Positions 30,165 to 39,340 of a DNA stretch of 64,000 nucleotides are shown piece after piece. Numbering within the stretch: position 1 is the first letter of the stretch; each line of letters starts with the position of its first letter. This DNA comes from Rhodospirillaceae bacterium. Lineage in GTDB: Bacteria > Pseudomonadota > Alphaproteobacteria > UBA6615. The stretch lies in NCBI GenBank assembly GCA_018667335.1, contig JABIVD010000007.1, forward strand, positions 80,425 to 144,424, in the 5' to 3' direction. A program made the translations under genes and the position numbers. The notes below the pieces were generated by a model, which did no database searches, had not been told where the DNA came from, and was given only the letters and a program-made list of their open reading frames with translations.

Positions 30165-31391
30165 ATGACCGATACACCGTGGAAAACAGACGACTGGTTC
30201 ACCAGCCCCTGGAACTTCGCACCCGAAGTGACCAAGGACTGGAAGTTCCCCGACAACATCCGCATCCATGACGTCACCCTGCGTGACGGCGAGCAGCAGG
30301 CCGGCCTTGCGTTCGATTATGACGACAAGATCCGGATTGCCGAGGGCCTCGCAGAAGTCGGCGTCCAGCGCATCGAAGCCGGCATGCCGGTGGTGTCCAA
30401 GGACGATGCCCGCGTGGTCCAGGATCTCGCCAAGCGCGACTTCGGCCCGGACATTTACGCCTTCGCCCGCTGCATGGTCGAAGACGTTCAGCGCGCGGTC
30501 GATTCCGGCGTCAACGGCGTCATCATGGAAGTCCCGGCCAGCCCCCATCTGATCCAGTATGGCTACAAGTGGGACCTCGAGCGGGCCATCGATCTTTCGA
30601 TCGAATCCACGACATTCGCCCATGACAACGGCCTCGAGGTCGTGTTCTTCCCGATCGATTTCACCCGTTCCGATCTGAAGTGGGTCATCGACCTGATCGA
30701 CCGGGTCGGCAAGGAAGGCCACATGGACGGTCTGGCCCTCGTCGATACGATGGGCGCCACCTCGATCCACGCGATGCAGTATTTCGTGCGCTCGATGAAG
30801 GAACGCTTCCCGGACATCCCCATGGAAGCCCATTTCCACATGGATTACGGCATGGGCGTGGCGAACACGATCATGGCCCTGTCCGAGGGTGTCGAAGTCA
30901 TTCAGTCCACCGTCCTGGGTGTCGGCGAACGCGCCGGCAACGTCCCCATGGAAGAGACCGTGATGGCGCTGCGCACGCTCTATGACATCGACATCGGCAT
31001 CAAGCTCGACAAGCTGAAGTGGCTGGCCGACATGGTCCGCGACGTCACCGGCGTCGTGGTTCCGTCGAACCGCCCGATCGTCGGCGACGACCTGTTCAAG
31101 GTCGAGTCCGGCATCATCGCCACCTGGCTGCTGAACTGCGGCGACGAGTTCCAGACCGAGGTTATGCCGTTCCGTCCGCGTATGGTCGGCCAGGCCGAGC
31201 CGGAGACGGTCATGGGCAAGGGTTCGGGCATCGACACGGTCAAGCAGTGGCTCGAGCGCAACCAGATCATCGTCCCGGAAACCAAGGCCATGGAAATCCT
31301 GTTGGCCGTCAAGGACTGGGCGCTGATCCACAAGCGCCTGATGACCGAAGACGAGTTCAAGGCCCTCGCCGAGAGCCTTCTCGACAGCTAA
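30165..31391 (+). CDS. LeuA/NifV-family (DRE-TIM, HMGL-like) 2-oxoacid:acetyl-CoA condensing enzyme or aldolase
   Basis: VTLRDGEQQ and AHFHMDYGMGVAN correspond to the LRDGxQ and HxHxDxGxxxAN motifs. Strong GAGGAGG SD. Has an unusual Trp-rich 30-aa N-terminal extension. Confidence 0.7.
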   Translation: MTDTPWKTDDWFTSPWNFAPEVTKDWKFPDNIRIHDVTLRDGEQQAGLAFDYDDKIRIAEGLAEVGVQRIEAGMPVVSKDDARVVQDLAKRDFGPDIYAFARCMVEDVQRAVDSGVNGVIMEVPASPHLIQYGYKWDLERAIDLSIESTTFAHDNGLEVVFFPIDFTRSDLKWVIDLIDRVGKEGHMDGLALVDTMGATSIHAMQYFVRSMKERFPDIPMEAHFHMDYGMGVANTIMALSEGVEVIQSTVLGVGERAGNVPMEETVMALRTLYDIDIGIKLDKLKWLADMVRDVTGVVVPSNRPIVGDDLFKVESGIIATWLLNCGDEFQTEVMPFRPRMVGQAEPETVMGKGSGIDTVKQWLERNQIIVPETKAMEILLAVKDWALIHKRLMTEDEFKALAESLLDS

Positions 31392-31421
31392 AGCCTGCGT
31401 ATCTCAACGTAAGTTGCGGAA

Positions 31422-31450
31422 CCCCTCCCCTCGCGGGAGGGGTTTTCGTT
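31422..31450 (+). terminator. rho-independent terminator (CCCCTCCC-loop-GGGAGGGG + TTTTCGTTT)
   Basis: Perfect 8-bp GC-rich stem with a 5-nt loop, followed by a T-run. Begins 30 nt after the stop of the LeuA-family gene. Confidence 0.65.
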
Positions 31451-31466
31451 TGCGCGGTCAGTCGGC

Positions 31467-32447
31467 CTAGCGGTCGAACTCGACGACCAGCGCGCCGGTC
31501 GTCATACGCGAGTCCAGCGCCGCATGGGCCTTTGCGATGTCTGCCAACTCGTAGGTGCCGGTGATGTTCGACTTCACCGTGCCGTCGGAGATCGCGGCCA
31601 CGACCTCCGCCATCATCGCGGCCTTCTCTTCCGGCGTGCGGGTGTAGTCCTTCATCGACGCCTTGGTGAAGATCAGGGACTTCTGGTTGAGCTCCAGCGC
31701 GTCGATCGGCGGCGGGCCGGACGCATGGCCGTAGTTCACGAACCAGCCCCGCGGCGCCAGCGCGCGCAAATTACCTTCGTAGGTGTCGGCGCCGACCGCG
31801 TCGTAGACCACGGGCACGCCCTCGCCGCCGGTGATGTCCAGCACCTGGTCGGCGAAGTCTTCCTTGGTGTAGTCGATCACATGGGCGCAGCCATTCTCGT
31901 CGGCGGCCAGGAACTTGTCGGGTGAGCTCACGGTGCCGATGACCTTCGCACCGACGCTCGTCGCCCACTGGGTCAGCAGGCTGCCCATGCCGCCCGCCGC
32001 CGAATGCACCAGGATCGTCTCGCCGGCCTGCACCGGGTACAGGCGCCGCAGCAGATACTGGGCCGTCATGGTGCGCACGAAGGCCGCCACAACGGTTGCA
32101 TCATCGAGCTCTGCTGGCGGCGTAAAGAGCTCACTGGCCGGCACGATCCGCGCATCGGCATAGGCGCCGACGTTGAACAGATAGGCCGCCCGGTCGCCTT
32201 CCTTGTAGTCCTCGACCCCGTCGCCGACGGCCGCGATCGTCCCGACGCCTTCCAGCCCGAGCACCGTCGGCAGGGGCGGCTTCAGGAAGTAACGGCCCTG
32301 GCGCATGTAGGAATCGGCGAAATGGATCGCCGCGGCGTTCTGCTTGAGGATGACCTCGCCCGGCCCGGGCGCCGGCAGGGTATCGATCTCGATCTTGATG
32401 ACGTCGGGGTCACCATATTCGTGAATGCGCGCAACGCGGGTTTCCAT
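31467..32447 (-). CDS. NADPH:quinone oxidoreductase (MDR/zinc-ADH superfamily)
   Basis: METRVARIHEYGDPDVIKIE N-terminus and Rossmann motif AAGGMGS. Start trimmed to ATG 32447. Confidence 0.75.
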   Translation of the reverse strand: METRVARIHEYGDPDVIKIEIDTLPAPGPGEVILKQNAAAIHFADSYMRQGRYFLKPPLPTVLGLEGVGTIAAVGDGVEDYKEGDRAAYLFNVGAYADARIVPASELFTPPAELDDATVVAAFVRTMTAQYLLRRLYPVQAGETILVHSAAGGMGSLLTQWATSVGAKVIGTVSSPDKFLAADENGCAHVIDYTKEDFADQVLDITGGEGVPVVYDAVGADTYEGNLRALAPRGWFVNYGHASGPPPIDALELNQKSLIFTKASMKDYTRTPEEKAAMMAEVVAAISDGTVKSNITGTYELADIAKAHAALDSRMTTGALVVEFDR

Positions 32448-32478
32448 GTGCTTTTCCTTTGTTTCGGCGTGAACGGGC

Positions 32479-33471
32479 TCAACCGGCCAAAGCGATGATG
32501 ACGGTGCCCGTCGACTGGCCGGATTCGAGAAACTCGTGGGCGGCGGCCGTTTCGTCGAGTGGGAAGATGCGACCGACCAGATGTTCCGACGGTCCGGCGG
32601 CAAGCCAGGTCGAGATATCGTCGAACGCCTGAATGACCGCAGCGTCGGGAATTTTGTACATAAATACCCAGCGCAACTGCGCGTTCTTCATCATCATCGG
32701 ATAGAAGGGCAATTCCGGCGTCGGCGCGTTGTCCGACGCATAAGTCGCCACCACACCATTGTCCTTCAGCACCGCAACCGTCGTCGACAGATTGACGCCG
32801 AACGCCACCTCGACAATCCGGTCCACGCCGTCCCCATCGGTCGCGGCCATGACCTCGGCGACAACATCGGCCTCACGATAGTTGATGACATGGTCCGCAC
32901 CGGCCTTGGCCGCGAGCGCTGCCTTTTCGGGCGAACTCACTGTCGCGATCACCTTTGCCGCACCACCCCATTTCGCCAGCTGAATGGCGTAATTGCCGAC
33001 CGCGCCGGCCCCGCCGGTGACCAGCACGTTCTGGCCCGTGACGGGGCCATCGGCGAACACGGCGTAATGGGCGGTGACCGCCGGTATGCCCAGGCACGCG
33101 CCAGAGACGAGGTCGACCCCGTCCGGCAGGGCAATCGCGTAGTCGGCCCGGATGGCGATGTACTCCGCCGCGGTGCCCAGCGCCCGCTGCCACTGGCCGC
33201 AATAGATCCAGACCCGTTCACCGACCCGGGCCCCATCGACACCCGTGCCGACCTGATCGATCACCCCCGCGCCGTCGCTGTGGGGGACGATCTGCGGGAA
33301 GGCATGCGGCTGCCCGCCGAAGCCGGTGCGGCGCTTGGTGTCCGACGGGTTCACACCGGAATGAGACAGCTTGACCCGCACCTCGCCCGGGCCGGGCTCC
33401 GGTGTCGGCATCTCGCCGGATCGGATGACATCCCGAGCCGGACCCTGTTCCTCGTACCAGGCTGCACGCAT
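32479..33471 (-). CDS. NADPH:quinone oxidoreductase (MDR superfamily), second paralog
   Basis: MRAAWYEEQGPARDVI and GGAGAVGNYAIQLAK. Lies in tandem with the previous gene. Confidence 0.75.
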   Translation of the reverse strand: MRAAWYEEQGPARDVIRSGEMPTPEPGPGEVRVKLSHSGVNPSDTKRRTGFGGQPHAFPQIVPHSDGAGVIDQVGTGVDGARVGERVWIYCGQWQRALGTAAEYIAIRADYAIALPDGVDLVSGACLGIPAVTAHYAVFADGPVTGQNVLVTGGAGAVGNYAIQLAKWGGAAKVIATVSSPEKAALAAKAGADHVINYREADVVAEVMAATDGDGVDRIVEVAFGVNLSTTVAVLKDNGVVATYASDNAPTPELPFYPMMMKNAQLRWVFMYKIPDAAVIQAFDDISTWLAAGPSEHLVGRIFPLDETAAAHEFLESGQSTGTVIIALAG

Positions 33472-33532
33472 TTTCAGTTACTCCTGTTCCAGTCTGCCGG
33501 ACCGTGGCGTCTCCGTCGGCTGCCGGAATCGC

Positions 33533-33853
33533 TCAGCCCATTGTCGCAAGCTTCTTCTTCATACCTTCCAGGCGCGGCCCCAGATCCGAGAAATACGGGT
33601 GAATTTCCTGGGTGACATGGACGGCCTTGTGCAAGGGATCATTGTGGCAAATCTCCAGCGCCTCTTCGACCGTCTCTACGTCGATGAGGTCCATGCCCCC
33701 TGACCCGTCGGCGAACCCCCCGGCAATCACCACCTTTCCCGCCTCCTGCAGGCCTTTCATGTATGCCACATGGTCGGCGAGAGCCTGCAGATGGGGTTTC
33801 GAGTTCATGGTCAGATCGGGACGGATTGCACGGTTGATGACGACGAATTGCAT
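33533..33853 (-). CDS. YciI-like (Dabb/DGPF) small protein
   Basis: 106 aa from the in-frame ATG 33853 (MQFVVINRAIRPDL...), with a GGGGAA SD. The ORF upstream extension was discarded. Confidence 0.55.
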   Translation of the reverse strand: MQFVVINRAIRPDLTMNSKPHLQALADHVAYMKGLQEAGKVVIAGGFADGSGGMDLIDVETVEEALEICHNDPLHKAVHVTQEIHPYFSDLGPRLEGMKKKLATMG

Positions 33854-33953
33854 GGCGGCATTCCCCATTGAGAAACTGGAAAGCTTTCGCTTGATTTCTG
33901 AACCAATCAGTACATTAATAGCTTGAGGAGTCAACTTTTATGTACCGATCAGT

Positions 33954-34589
33954 ATGAATAACCAAACCCCCAGGCCACGTGGTCGTCCCCTTAAGTTCGA
34001 CCGAGACAAGGTTCTCGACCGTGCAGTCGATACATTCTGGGCGAACGGTTACACCGCCACATCTCTCGAAGACCTCACCACCAACATGGGGATCAATCGG
34101 CCCAGCCTCTATGCGGCGTTCGGCAACAAGCATGATTTGTTTATGAAAACGATCGACCGTTACGCCGAGACGATCGGCCGTCAGCCGCTCGATGCCTTCC
34201 TGGAAGAACCCGATATTCGACGCGCGGTCGAAGCGTATTTCCAAACCACCATTCAGTGTGTGACGTCCCGGAACCGGCCACGGGGATGCCTGATCATGAA
34301 TGTCGCGGGCGAACGCGCCGCCAATGACGCCGAGGTCCGCGGATGCATGTCCGACGCCTACGACACCAGGGTCGCCACGATCGCGGAACGGCTTGGAACG
34401 GCGCGCAACGACGGCCAGCTGCCGGTCGATGCGGACCCGGAAAGTCTCGCGCGCATGATCACATCTGTAATGCACAGCCTGGCCGCACGGGCGCGGGCGG
34501 GCGGCAGCCGCAAGGAATTGTCCGCCCTGGCGCAGAATTTTCTGAACCTGCTGATTCCCGACGACGCCAGGACTTCGGCACTCAAATGA
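33954..34589 (+). CDS. TetR/AcrR family transcriptional regulator
   Basis: HTH segment VLDRAVDTFWANGYTATSLEDLTTNMGINRPSLYAAFGNKHDLF. Confidence 0.8.
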   Translation: MNNQTPRPRGRPLKFDRDKVLDRAVDTFWANGYTATSLEDLTTNMGINRPSLYAAFGNKHDLFMKTIDRYAETIGRQPLDAFLEEPDIRRAVEAYFQTTIQCVTSRNRPRGCLIMNVAGERAANDAEVRGCMSDAYDTRVATIAERLGTARNDGQLPVDADPESLARMITSVMHSLAARARAGGSRKELSALAQNFLNLLIPDDARTSALK

Positions 34590-35347
34590 CCGACCTCACA
34601 TCGATCAGGGATCGTGTCGCCGTCGTCACCGGCGGCGCGGCGGGTATCGGCCTCGCTTGCGCCCGGCGATTCGCCGCCGAAGGCGCCCATGTGGCCATTC
34701 TCGACCGCGACGAGGACACGGGTGCGCAGATCGCCCGCGACATCATCGCCGGGGGCGGCGAGGCAATCTCGATCGGCGCGGAATGCACGTCGGACGATGA
34801 GATGGATGCCGCGATTGCGACGATCACGGAAAAATGGGGCCGTGTGGACATCCTTGCCGGTTGCGCCGGTGGATTTCACGATTCCCCCGCGCTCGAAGAC
34901 CTCGACGCAGAGACATGGCGCGCCGGCATCGATTGGAACCTGTCGGGCGTTTATTTCCCCATTCGGTCGGTCGTGCCGGCAATGAAGGCAAATGGCTACG
35001 GCCGTATCGTGAACATAGGATCCCAGGCCGGGCGGACCGGCGTGCCGACCGCAGCAATCGACTATTCAGCGGCCAAGGCCGCCGTCGCGGGGCTGTCGCG
35101 GCGCCTGGCGGCAGAACTCGCGCCCTCGGGGATCACGGTCAACACCGTCATGCCGGGGCCGGTCCTGACTCCGAGATTCGCCGGCATGCACAAGGAGCGC
35201 ATGGAGATGCTCGAGCGCGCCGTTCCCGTGGGCCGTTTGGGCACGCCGGAGGAAATCGCGCATGCCGTCTGGTTCCTGTCGACACCGGGCGCCGCCTTCA
35301 CAACCGGCGCCACGCTCGACGTCAACGGCGGCGGCTGGACGGGCTGA
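34586..35347 (+). CDS. SDR family oxidoreductase
   Basis: VTGGAAGIGLA (TGxxxGxG) and YSAAKAA (YxxxK). Its ATG overlaps the TetR stop (ATGA). The N-terminal part of ORF 34343.. was discarded. Confidence 0.8.
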   Translation: MTDLTSIRDRVAVVTGGAAGIGLACARRFAAEGAHVAILDRDEDTGAQIARDIIAGGGEAISIGAECTSDDEMDAAIATITEKWGRVDILAGCAGGFHDSPALEDLDAETWRAGIDWNLSGVYFPIRSVVPAMKANGYGRIVNIGSQAGRTGVPTAAIDYSAAKAAVAGLSRRLAAELAPSGITVNTVMPGPVLTPRFAGMHKERMEMLERAVPVGRLGTPEEIAHAVWFLSTPGAAFTTGATLDVNGGGWTG

Positions 35348-35354
35348 AGAGGCC

Positions 35355-36338
35355 CTACGCCACCCGCAGATAGTGCAACGAGAACAGATTGTTGGCGTCC
35401 GTCCAGTGGCGGAAGGCGCGCCAGCCGGCCTTGGCGGCGAGCGCGTGGAACTCCTCCACGTCGTATTTGTGGGAATCCTCGGTGTGGATCGATTCCCCGG
35501 CGGCGAACTTGAAGCTGTGGCCATCAATCCGGACGTCCTGGTCCCAGTCGCTCACCAGATGCATCTCGATGCGGCCCTGATCCGCGATCCAGCGGGCATC
35601 ATGGGTGAAGCCATCCAGATTGAAATCGCCGCCGAGCTCGTCATTCACCCGGCGCAGGACGTTGAGATTGAATTCCGCCGTCACGCCGGCCGCGTCGTTG
35701 TAGGCCGCATGCAGAATGCTCATATCCTTGCGCAGATCGACGCCGATCAGGAGGCCGTTGTCGGTCCCGAGATCCGTCGCCGCGGCGCGCAGGAAATCCA
35801 CCGCCGCCGGCCGCGTGAAGTTGCCGATGGTCGAGCCCGGGAAAAATCCGATCCGCGCTTCGCCGCCCGCGATCTCCGGCAATTCAAACGGCTGGGTGTA
35901 GTCGGCCGCAATCGGCACAACCGGCAGATCGGGATAGGCGCCGGCGAGTGCCTTGGCCGATTCCAGCAGATGCTCGCGCGAGATATCGACGGGGATATAG
36001 GCCGCCGGGGTCTCGAGCGCGTCGAGCAGGATGCGGATCTTGGTGCTCGAACCGCTGCCGAACTCGACCACGCTGGCGTTGGCGCCGATCAGCTCGGCGA
36101 ATTCCGCGGCATGGGCCTGCAGCAATCCCATCTCGGTGCGCGTCGGATAATACTCCGGCAGTTCGCAGATCGCATCGAACAGCTTGGAGCCGCGTTCATC
36201 GTAGAAATACTTGCTGGAGAGCTTCTTCTGCGACAGCGCAAGCCCCTCCAGAACATCATCCAGGAAGCTGTCCGCCGCATGGTCGTACTCCACATAGTCG
36301 TGGAGTGGACCCAAGCTCACCGCCGTGGCCCCGCTCAT
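35355..36338 (-). CDS. egtD: L-histidine N-alpha-methyltransferase (ergothioneine biosynthesis)
   Basis: YFYDERGSKLFDAICELPEYYPTRTE and EFGSGSSTK match the EgtD (DUF2260) signature. Overlaps the egtB stop. Confidence 0.8.
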   Translation of the reverse strand: MSGATAVSLGPLHDYVEYDHAADSFLDDVLEGLALSQKKLSSKYFYDERGSKLFDAICELPEYYPTRTEMGLLQAHAAEFAELIGANASVVEFGSGSSTKIRILLDALETPAAYIPVDISREHLLESAKALAGAYPDLPVVPIAADYTQPFELPEIAGGEARIGFFPGSTIGNFTRPAAVDFLRAAATDLGTDNGLLIGVDLRKDMSILHAAYNDAAGVTAEFNLNVLRRVNDELGGDFNLDGFTHDARWIADQGRIEMHLVSDWDQDVRIDGHSFKFAAGESIHTEDSHKYDVEEFHALAAKAGWRAFRHWTDANNLFSLHYLRVA

Positions 36339-37708
36339 GTTGCTACTCCATCGTCGGCATCAGCGGCCAACCGCACACCGGCGAACACCCAGCGCATCGC
36401 GGGATAGAAGAAGTTCCGGTAGGTGGCACGGGTGTGCCCCTCGGGGGTCACACAAGCGCCACCGCGCAATACAAACTGATTGGCCATGAATTTTCCGTTG
36501 TACTCACCGACAGCGCCCGACACGGGCTTGAACCCCGGATATGGGACATATGGGCTCTGGGTCCACTCCCAGACATCGCCAAACATCTGTTCCGGCTGAT
36601 CGGGCGTCTCGCCCGTCGCCGGTGCCGTACGCAGCAGGCCGGACCCGACGAAGTTGCCCGCCACGGGCTGCTCACGGGCGAACACTTCCCACTCACCCTC
36701 GCGCGGCAGGCGCTTGCCCGCCCAGCGCGCATACGCGTCGGCCTCGTAGAGGCTCACATGGCAAACCGGCGCCTGATCGTTGACCTGCTGCAGTCCCGAC
36801 AGGGACATCGCGCACCATTCGTCGTCGACGGTCTGCCAATAAAGCGGCGCGTCCCAACCTTCAGCACCCACAGCAGCCCAGCCGTCGGACAACCACAGTT
36901 CAGGGCGGCCATAGCCGTTGTCGGCCATGAATTCCTTCCACTCGCCGTTGGTCACCAGCCGCGACGCCAGCCGGAACGGCGCCAGATGGACGCTGTGACG
37001 CGGCCCTTCATTGTCGAAGGCGAACTCGGATCCCTCATGACCGATCTCGACCAGCCCGCCATCATGATCGAACCAGCGCAGTTCGGGGGTCTTGCGGGCC
37101 GGTGAGGCGCGATAGGCCTGATAAGCCGGCGCGACGCTGTTAAACGAGAACGCGTGGAGAATATCCATCAGGATCAATTCCTGATGCTGCTGCTCGTGGT
37201 GCAGCCCCAGCGCAATCAACGGCGCGATCTTGTCCCATGTCGCCTCGTCAGCACCCGCGATGAGGCTCCGCATCGCGTCGTCGACATGGGCACGATAGGC
37301 CTTCACCTGGTCGGCGGTCGGGCGGGTCAGCAGCCCGCGCTCCGGGCGCGGATGGCGCGCGCCGACGGCGTCGTAATAGGAATTGAACAGAAACAGGTAG
37401 TGCGGATCGAGCGGCGCATAGCCGGGTGCGAAATCCCGCAGGATCATGGTCTCGAAGAACCAGGTGATATGGGCGCGGTGCCATTTGGTCGGGCTGGCGT
37501 CGGGCATCGACTGCACGACCTGATCTTCGGCCGACAATGGTGCTGCCAGGCGCTCGGTCTCGCCGCGCACCCAGTTGAAATGATCGAGAACCTGATCCCG
37601 GTCGCGCGGATGCGCGTCGAGGATCGCCGGCTCGGACCCCAAGGATGTCACGGCGCTTCTCCTGTTGGCGCCCGCGTCCCGCATGACCGCCTGTCCGGGA
37701 CACTTCAT
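36335..37708 (-). CDS. egtB: hercynine oxygenase / sulfoxide synthase (ergothioneine biosynthesis)
   Basis: DinB_2-like N-domain (HFNWVRGETERL...) followed by an FGE-sulfatase-like C-domain. Start is ambiguous among 37720 (TTG), 37708 and 37684. Confidence 0.8.
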   Translation of the reverse strand: MKCPGQAVMRDAGANRRSAVTSLGSEPAILDAHPRDRDQVLDHFNWVRGETERLAAPLSAEDQVVQSMPDASPTKWHRAHITWFFETMILRDFAPGYAPLDPHYLFLFNSYYDAVGARHPRPERGLLTRPTADQVKAYRAHVDDAMRSLIAGADEATWDKIAPLIALGLHHEQQHQELILMDILHAFSFNSVAPAYQAYRASPARKTPELRWFDHDGGLVEIGHEGSEFAFDNEGPRHSVHLAPFRLASRLVTNGEWKEFMADNGYGRPELWLSDGWAAVGAEGWDAPLYWQTVDDEWCAMSLSGLQQVNDQAPVCHVSLYEADAYARWAGKRLPREGEWEVFAREQPVAGNFVGSGLLRTAPATGETPDQPEQMFGDVWEWTQSPYVPYPGFKPVSGAVGEYNGKFMANQFVLRGGACVTPEGHTRATYRNFFYPAMRWVFAGVRLAADADDGVAT

Positions 37709-37887
37709 TCCGTAGCGCAATCATGAGCCACGGATCGAAGACCGTCCGACACATGGGCCGGACGTGGCAGTCGAGCGCGAGTAAACCAAGCCCGCTCACG
37801 CGCCGTCAACCGAAAGCCCCGAGAATTTGAGGGTTTGAACATTCGCCCTGACATTGACGGGCCGGATGGTCCGACTATGTTGGGCGC

Positions 37888-38283
37888 ATGGACACAAAAT
37901 CACCGACACCTGCCCCGCCCCGCACCCCGACAGCTGAAGGCTTCCACGCCCACGTCTACTACGACGCCGAGAGCAAGTCCGACGCAGAGGCACTGCGGGC
38001 CGAAATCGACGCGCGCTATGATGTCGTGCTGGGCCGCTGGCACGACAAGCCGGTGGGGCCACACCCGTTCTGGAGCTACCAGGTCGCCTTCGCGCCCGCG
38101 CTGTTCGGGACGATCGTGCCCTGGCTCTCCATGAACCGCCGGGACCTGACGATCCTGGTGCATCCCGAGACCGGCGACGACCTGACCGATCATTCGGACT
38201 ACGCCATGTGGCTCGGCGACAGCGCCACCCTCGACCTGAAACGGTTCCGAGAACGCGCGGCCGAACGTGCCGCCAAAGGCTGA
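37888..38283 (+). CDS. DOPA 4,5-dioxygenase family protein (YgiD-like)
   Basis: HAHVYYD and LTILVHPETGDDLTDH correspond to the His ligands of the DOPA-dioxygenase family (from memory). Confidence 0.6.
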   Translation: MDTKSPTPAPPRTPTAEGFHAHVYYDAESKSDAEALRAEIDARYDVVLGRWHDKPVGPHPFWSYQVAFAPALFGTIVPWLSMNRRDLTILVHPETGDDLTDHSDYAMWLGDSATLDLKRFRERAAERAAKG

Positions 38284-38415
38284 TCCCTCGGAACGGATCA
38301 GGGCAAACGAACGGTTTTCAAGCCCCGCCCGGACCGCTACAACACGCGCAAGCCATTCAATGACCCGGCCGTATTCACGCGCCGAAGCCAATCAACATCA
38401 GGGGGGAACCCAATT

Positions 38416-39258
38416 ATGAAACTCGTACGCTTTGGCCCACGTGGCAAAGAAAAACCCGGCCTTATTGATGCCGACGGCAAGCTCCGCGACCTGTCCAAGG
38501 TCGTTGACGACATCAACGCCGAAACCCTTTCGCCCATGGGCCTCGCGGCCATTCGCAAGCGCGACCCCAAGCGCCTGCCCCTGGTCAAGGGCAACCCGCG
38601 CTTCGGCCCGCCGGTTGTCGAGCGCCGGGTCTTCGCCATCGCGCTGAACTACAAGGAACATGCCGAGGAAGCCAACGCAGCGATCCCGACGGAGCCCTTC
38701 GTCTTCACCAAGACCTGCCCGCCCACCGGCCACCGCGACAACATCGTGATCCCGAAGGGTGCCAAGAAGACCGACTGGGAAGTCGAGCTTTGCCTGATCA
38801 TGGGGCGCAAGGCGCAGCATGTGTCGAAGAAGGACGCCCTCAAATATGTGGCCGGCTACTTCGCGGGCAATGAAGTGTCCGAGCGCGAATTCCTGATCGA
38901 ACGCGGCGGCCTGCAGTGGATCAAGGGCAAGAGCCCCGACACCTTCGCGCCGATCGGCCCGTGGCTGTTGACCGCCGATGAGGTGCCGAATCCGAACAAC
39001 CTGCACATGTGGCTTGAGGTGAATGGCGTCCGCAAACAGGACAACAACACCAAGGACATGATCTACAACTGCGCAACGATCATCTCGAACCTGAGCAAGA
39101 CGCTCACGCTCTATCCCGGTGACATCATCTTCACCGGCACGCCCCAGGGCGTGGCCTATGGCGAGAAGAACCCGAAATACCTCCGGGCCGGCGACGTCGT
39201 CACCATGGGCATCGAGGGTCTCGGCGAGCAGCGCAACAAGTGCGTGGCCTACAAGTAA
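38416..39258 (+). CDS. fumarylacetoacetate hydrolase (FAH) family protein
   Basis: MKLVRFGPRGKEKPGLIDADGKLRDL N-terminus and FAH-fold motifs (GNEVSERE..., TGTPQGV). GGGGGGA SD. Confidence 0.8.
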   Translation: MKLVRFGPRGKEKPGLIDADGKLRDLSKVVDDINAETLSPMGLAAIRKRDPKRLPLVKGNPRFGPPVVERRVFAIALNYKEHAEEANAAIPTEPFVFTKTCPPTGHRDNIVIPKGAKKTDWEVELCLIMGRKAQHVSKKDALKYVAGYFAGNEVSEREFLIERGGLQWIKGKSPDTFAPIGPWLLTADEVPNPNNLHMWLEVNGVRKQDNNTKDMIYNCATIISNLSKTLTLYPGDIIFTGTPQGVAYGEKNPKYLRAGDVVTMGIEGLGEQRNKCVAYK

Positions 39259-39340
39259 CCGACCGCACATCTGCGAAATGCAGCGGGCCGCGCTATCCAG
39301 CGCGGCCCGTTTGCGTTTGGCAGCCCCGAACCGGACACGT

